Of a stretch of 64,000 nucleotides of DNA, positions 63,991-64,000 are shown piece after piece. The DNA lies in the NCBI RefSeq assembly GCF_963853765.1, contig NC_088853.1, positions 26,474,001 through 26,538,000 on the forward strand, given 5' to 3'. The notes below the pieces were generated by a model, which saw only the letters and a list, made by a program, of their open reading frames with translations, ran no database searches and had not been told where the DNA came from. A program made the translations under genes and the position numbers. Numbering within the stretch: the first letter of the stretch is position 1; the number at the start of each line of letters is the position of its first letter. Source of the DNA: Magallana gigas (taxonomy: Eukaryota).

Positions 63991-64000
63991 TTTGGGCACA

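Overview
AT-rich animal genomic DNA with spliceosomal introns and (TA)n/(GA)n microsatellites. The HINE/Helentron elements and ~172-bp satellite monomers point to a bivalve, probably an oyster (inference). I could not find an intact full-length gene. The window is a nested graveyard of mobile elements: Polinton/Maverick polymerase relics, Gypsy LTR/PBS/gag/integrase pieces, a Tx1/L1 3' end, a DIRS-order (Ngaro-like) tyrosine recombinase with split direct repeats, Kolobok-like TTAA elements, Tc1/mariner-type TA MITEs, HINEs, a Crypton-like hairpin element, a MULE fragment, a RecQ helicase (AcademH-like) and a CACTA/EnSpm-like end. The most unusual part is ~21-43 kb. It holds recently broken spliced genes for chromatin-type domains (PR-Set7-like SET, BEN, PHD x2, a C14orf93-like motif). 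It also holds a 7-unit tandem array of symmetric 108-nt exons plus introns that runs into a protein region I associate with SET/tyrosine-recombinase transposon proteins. All family assignments come from motif recognition by eye; no database search was run.
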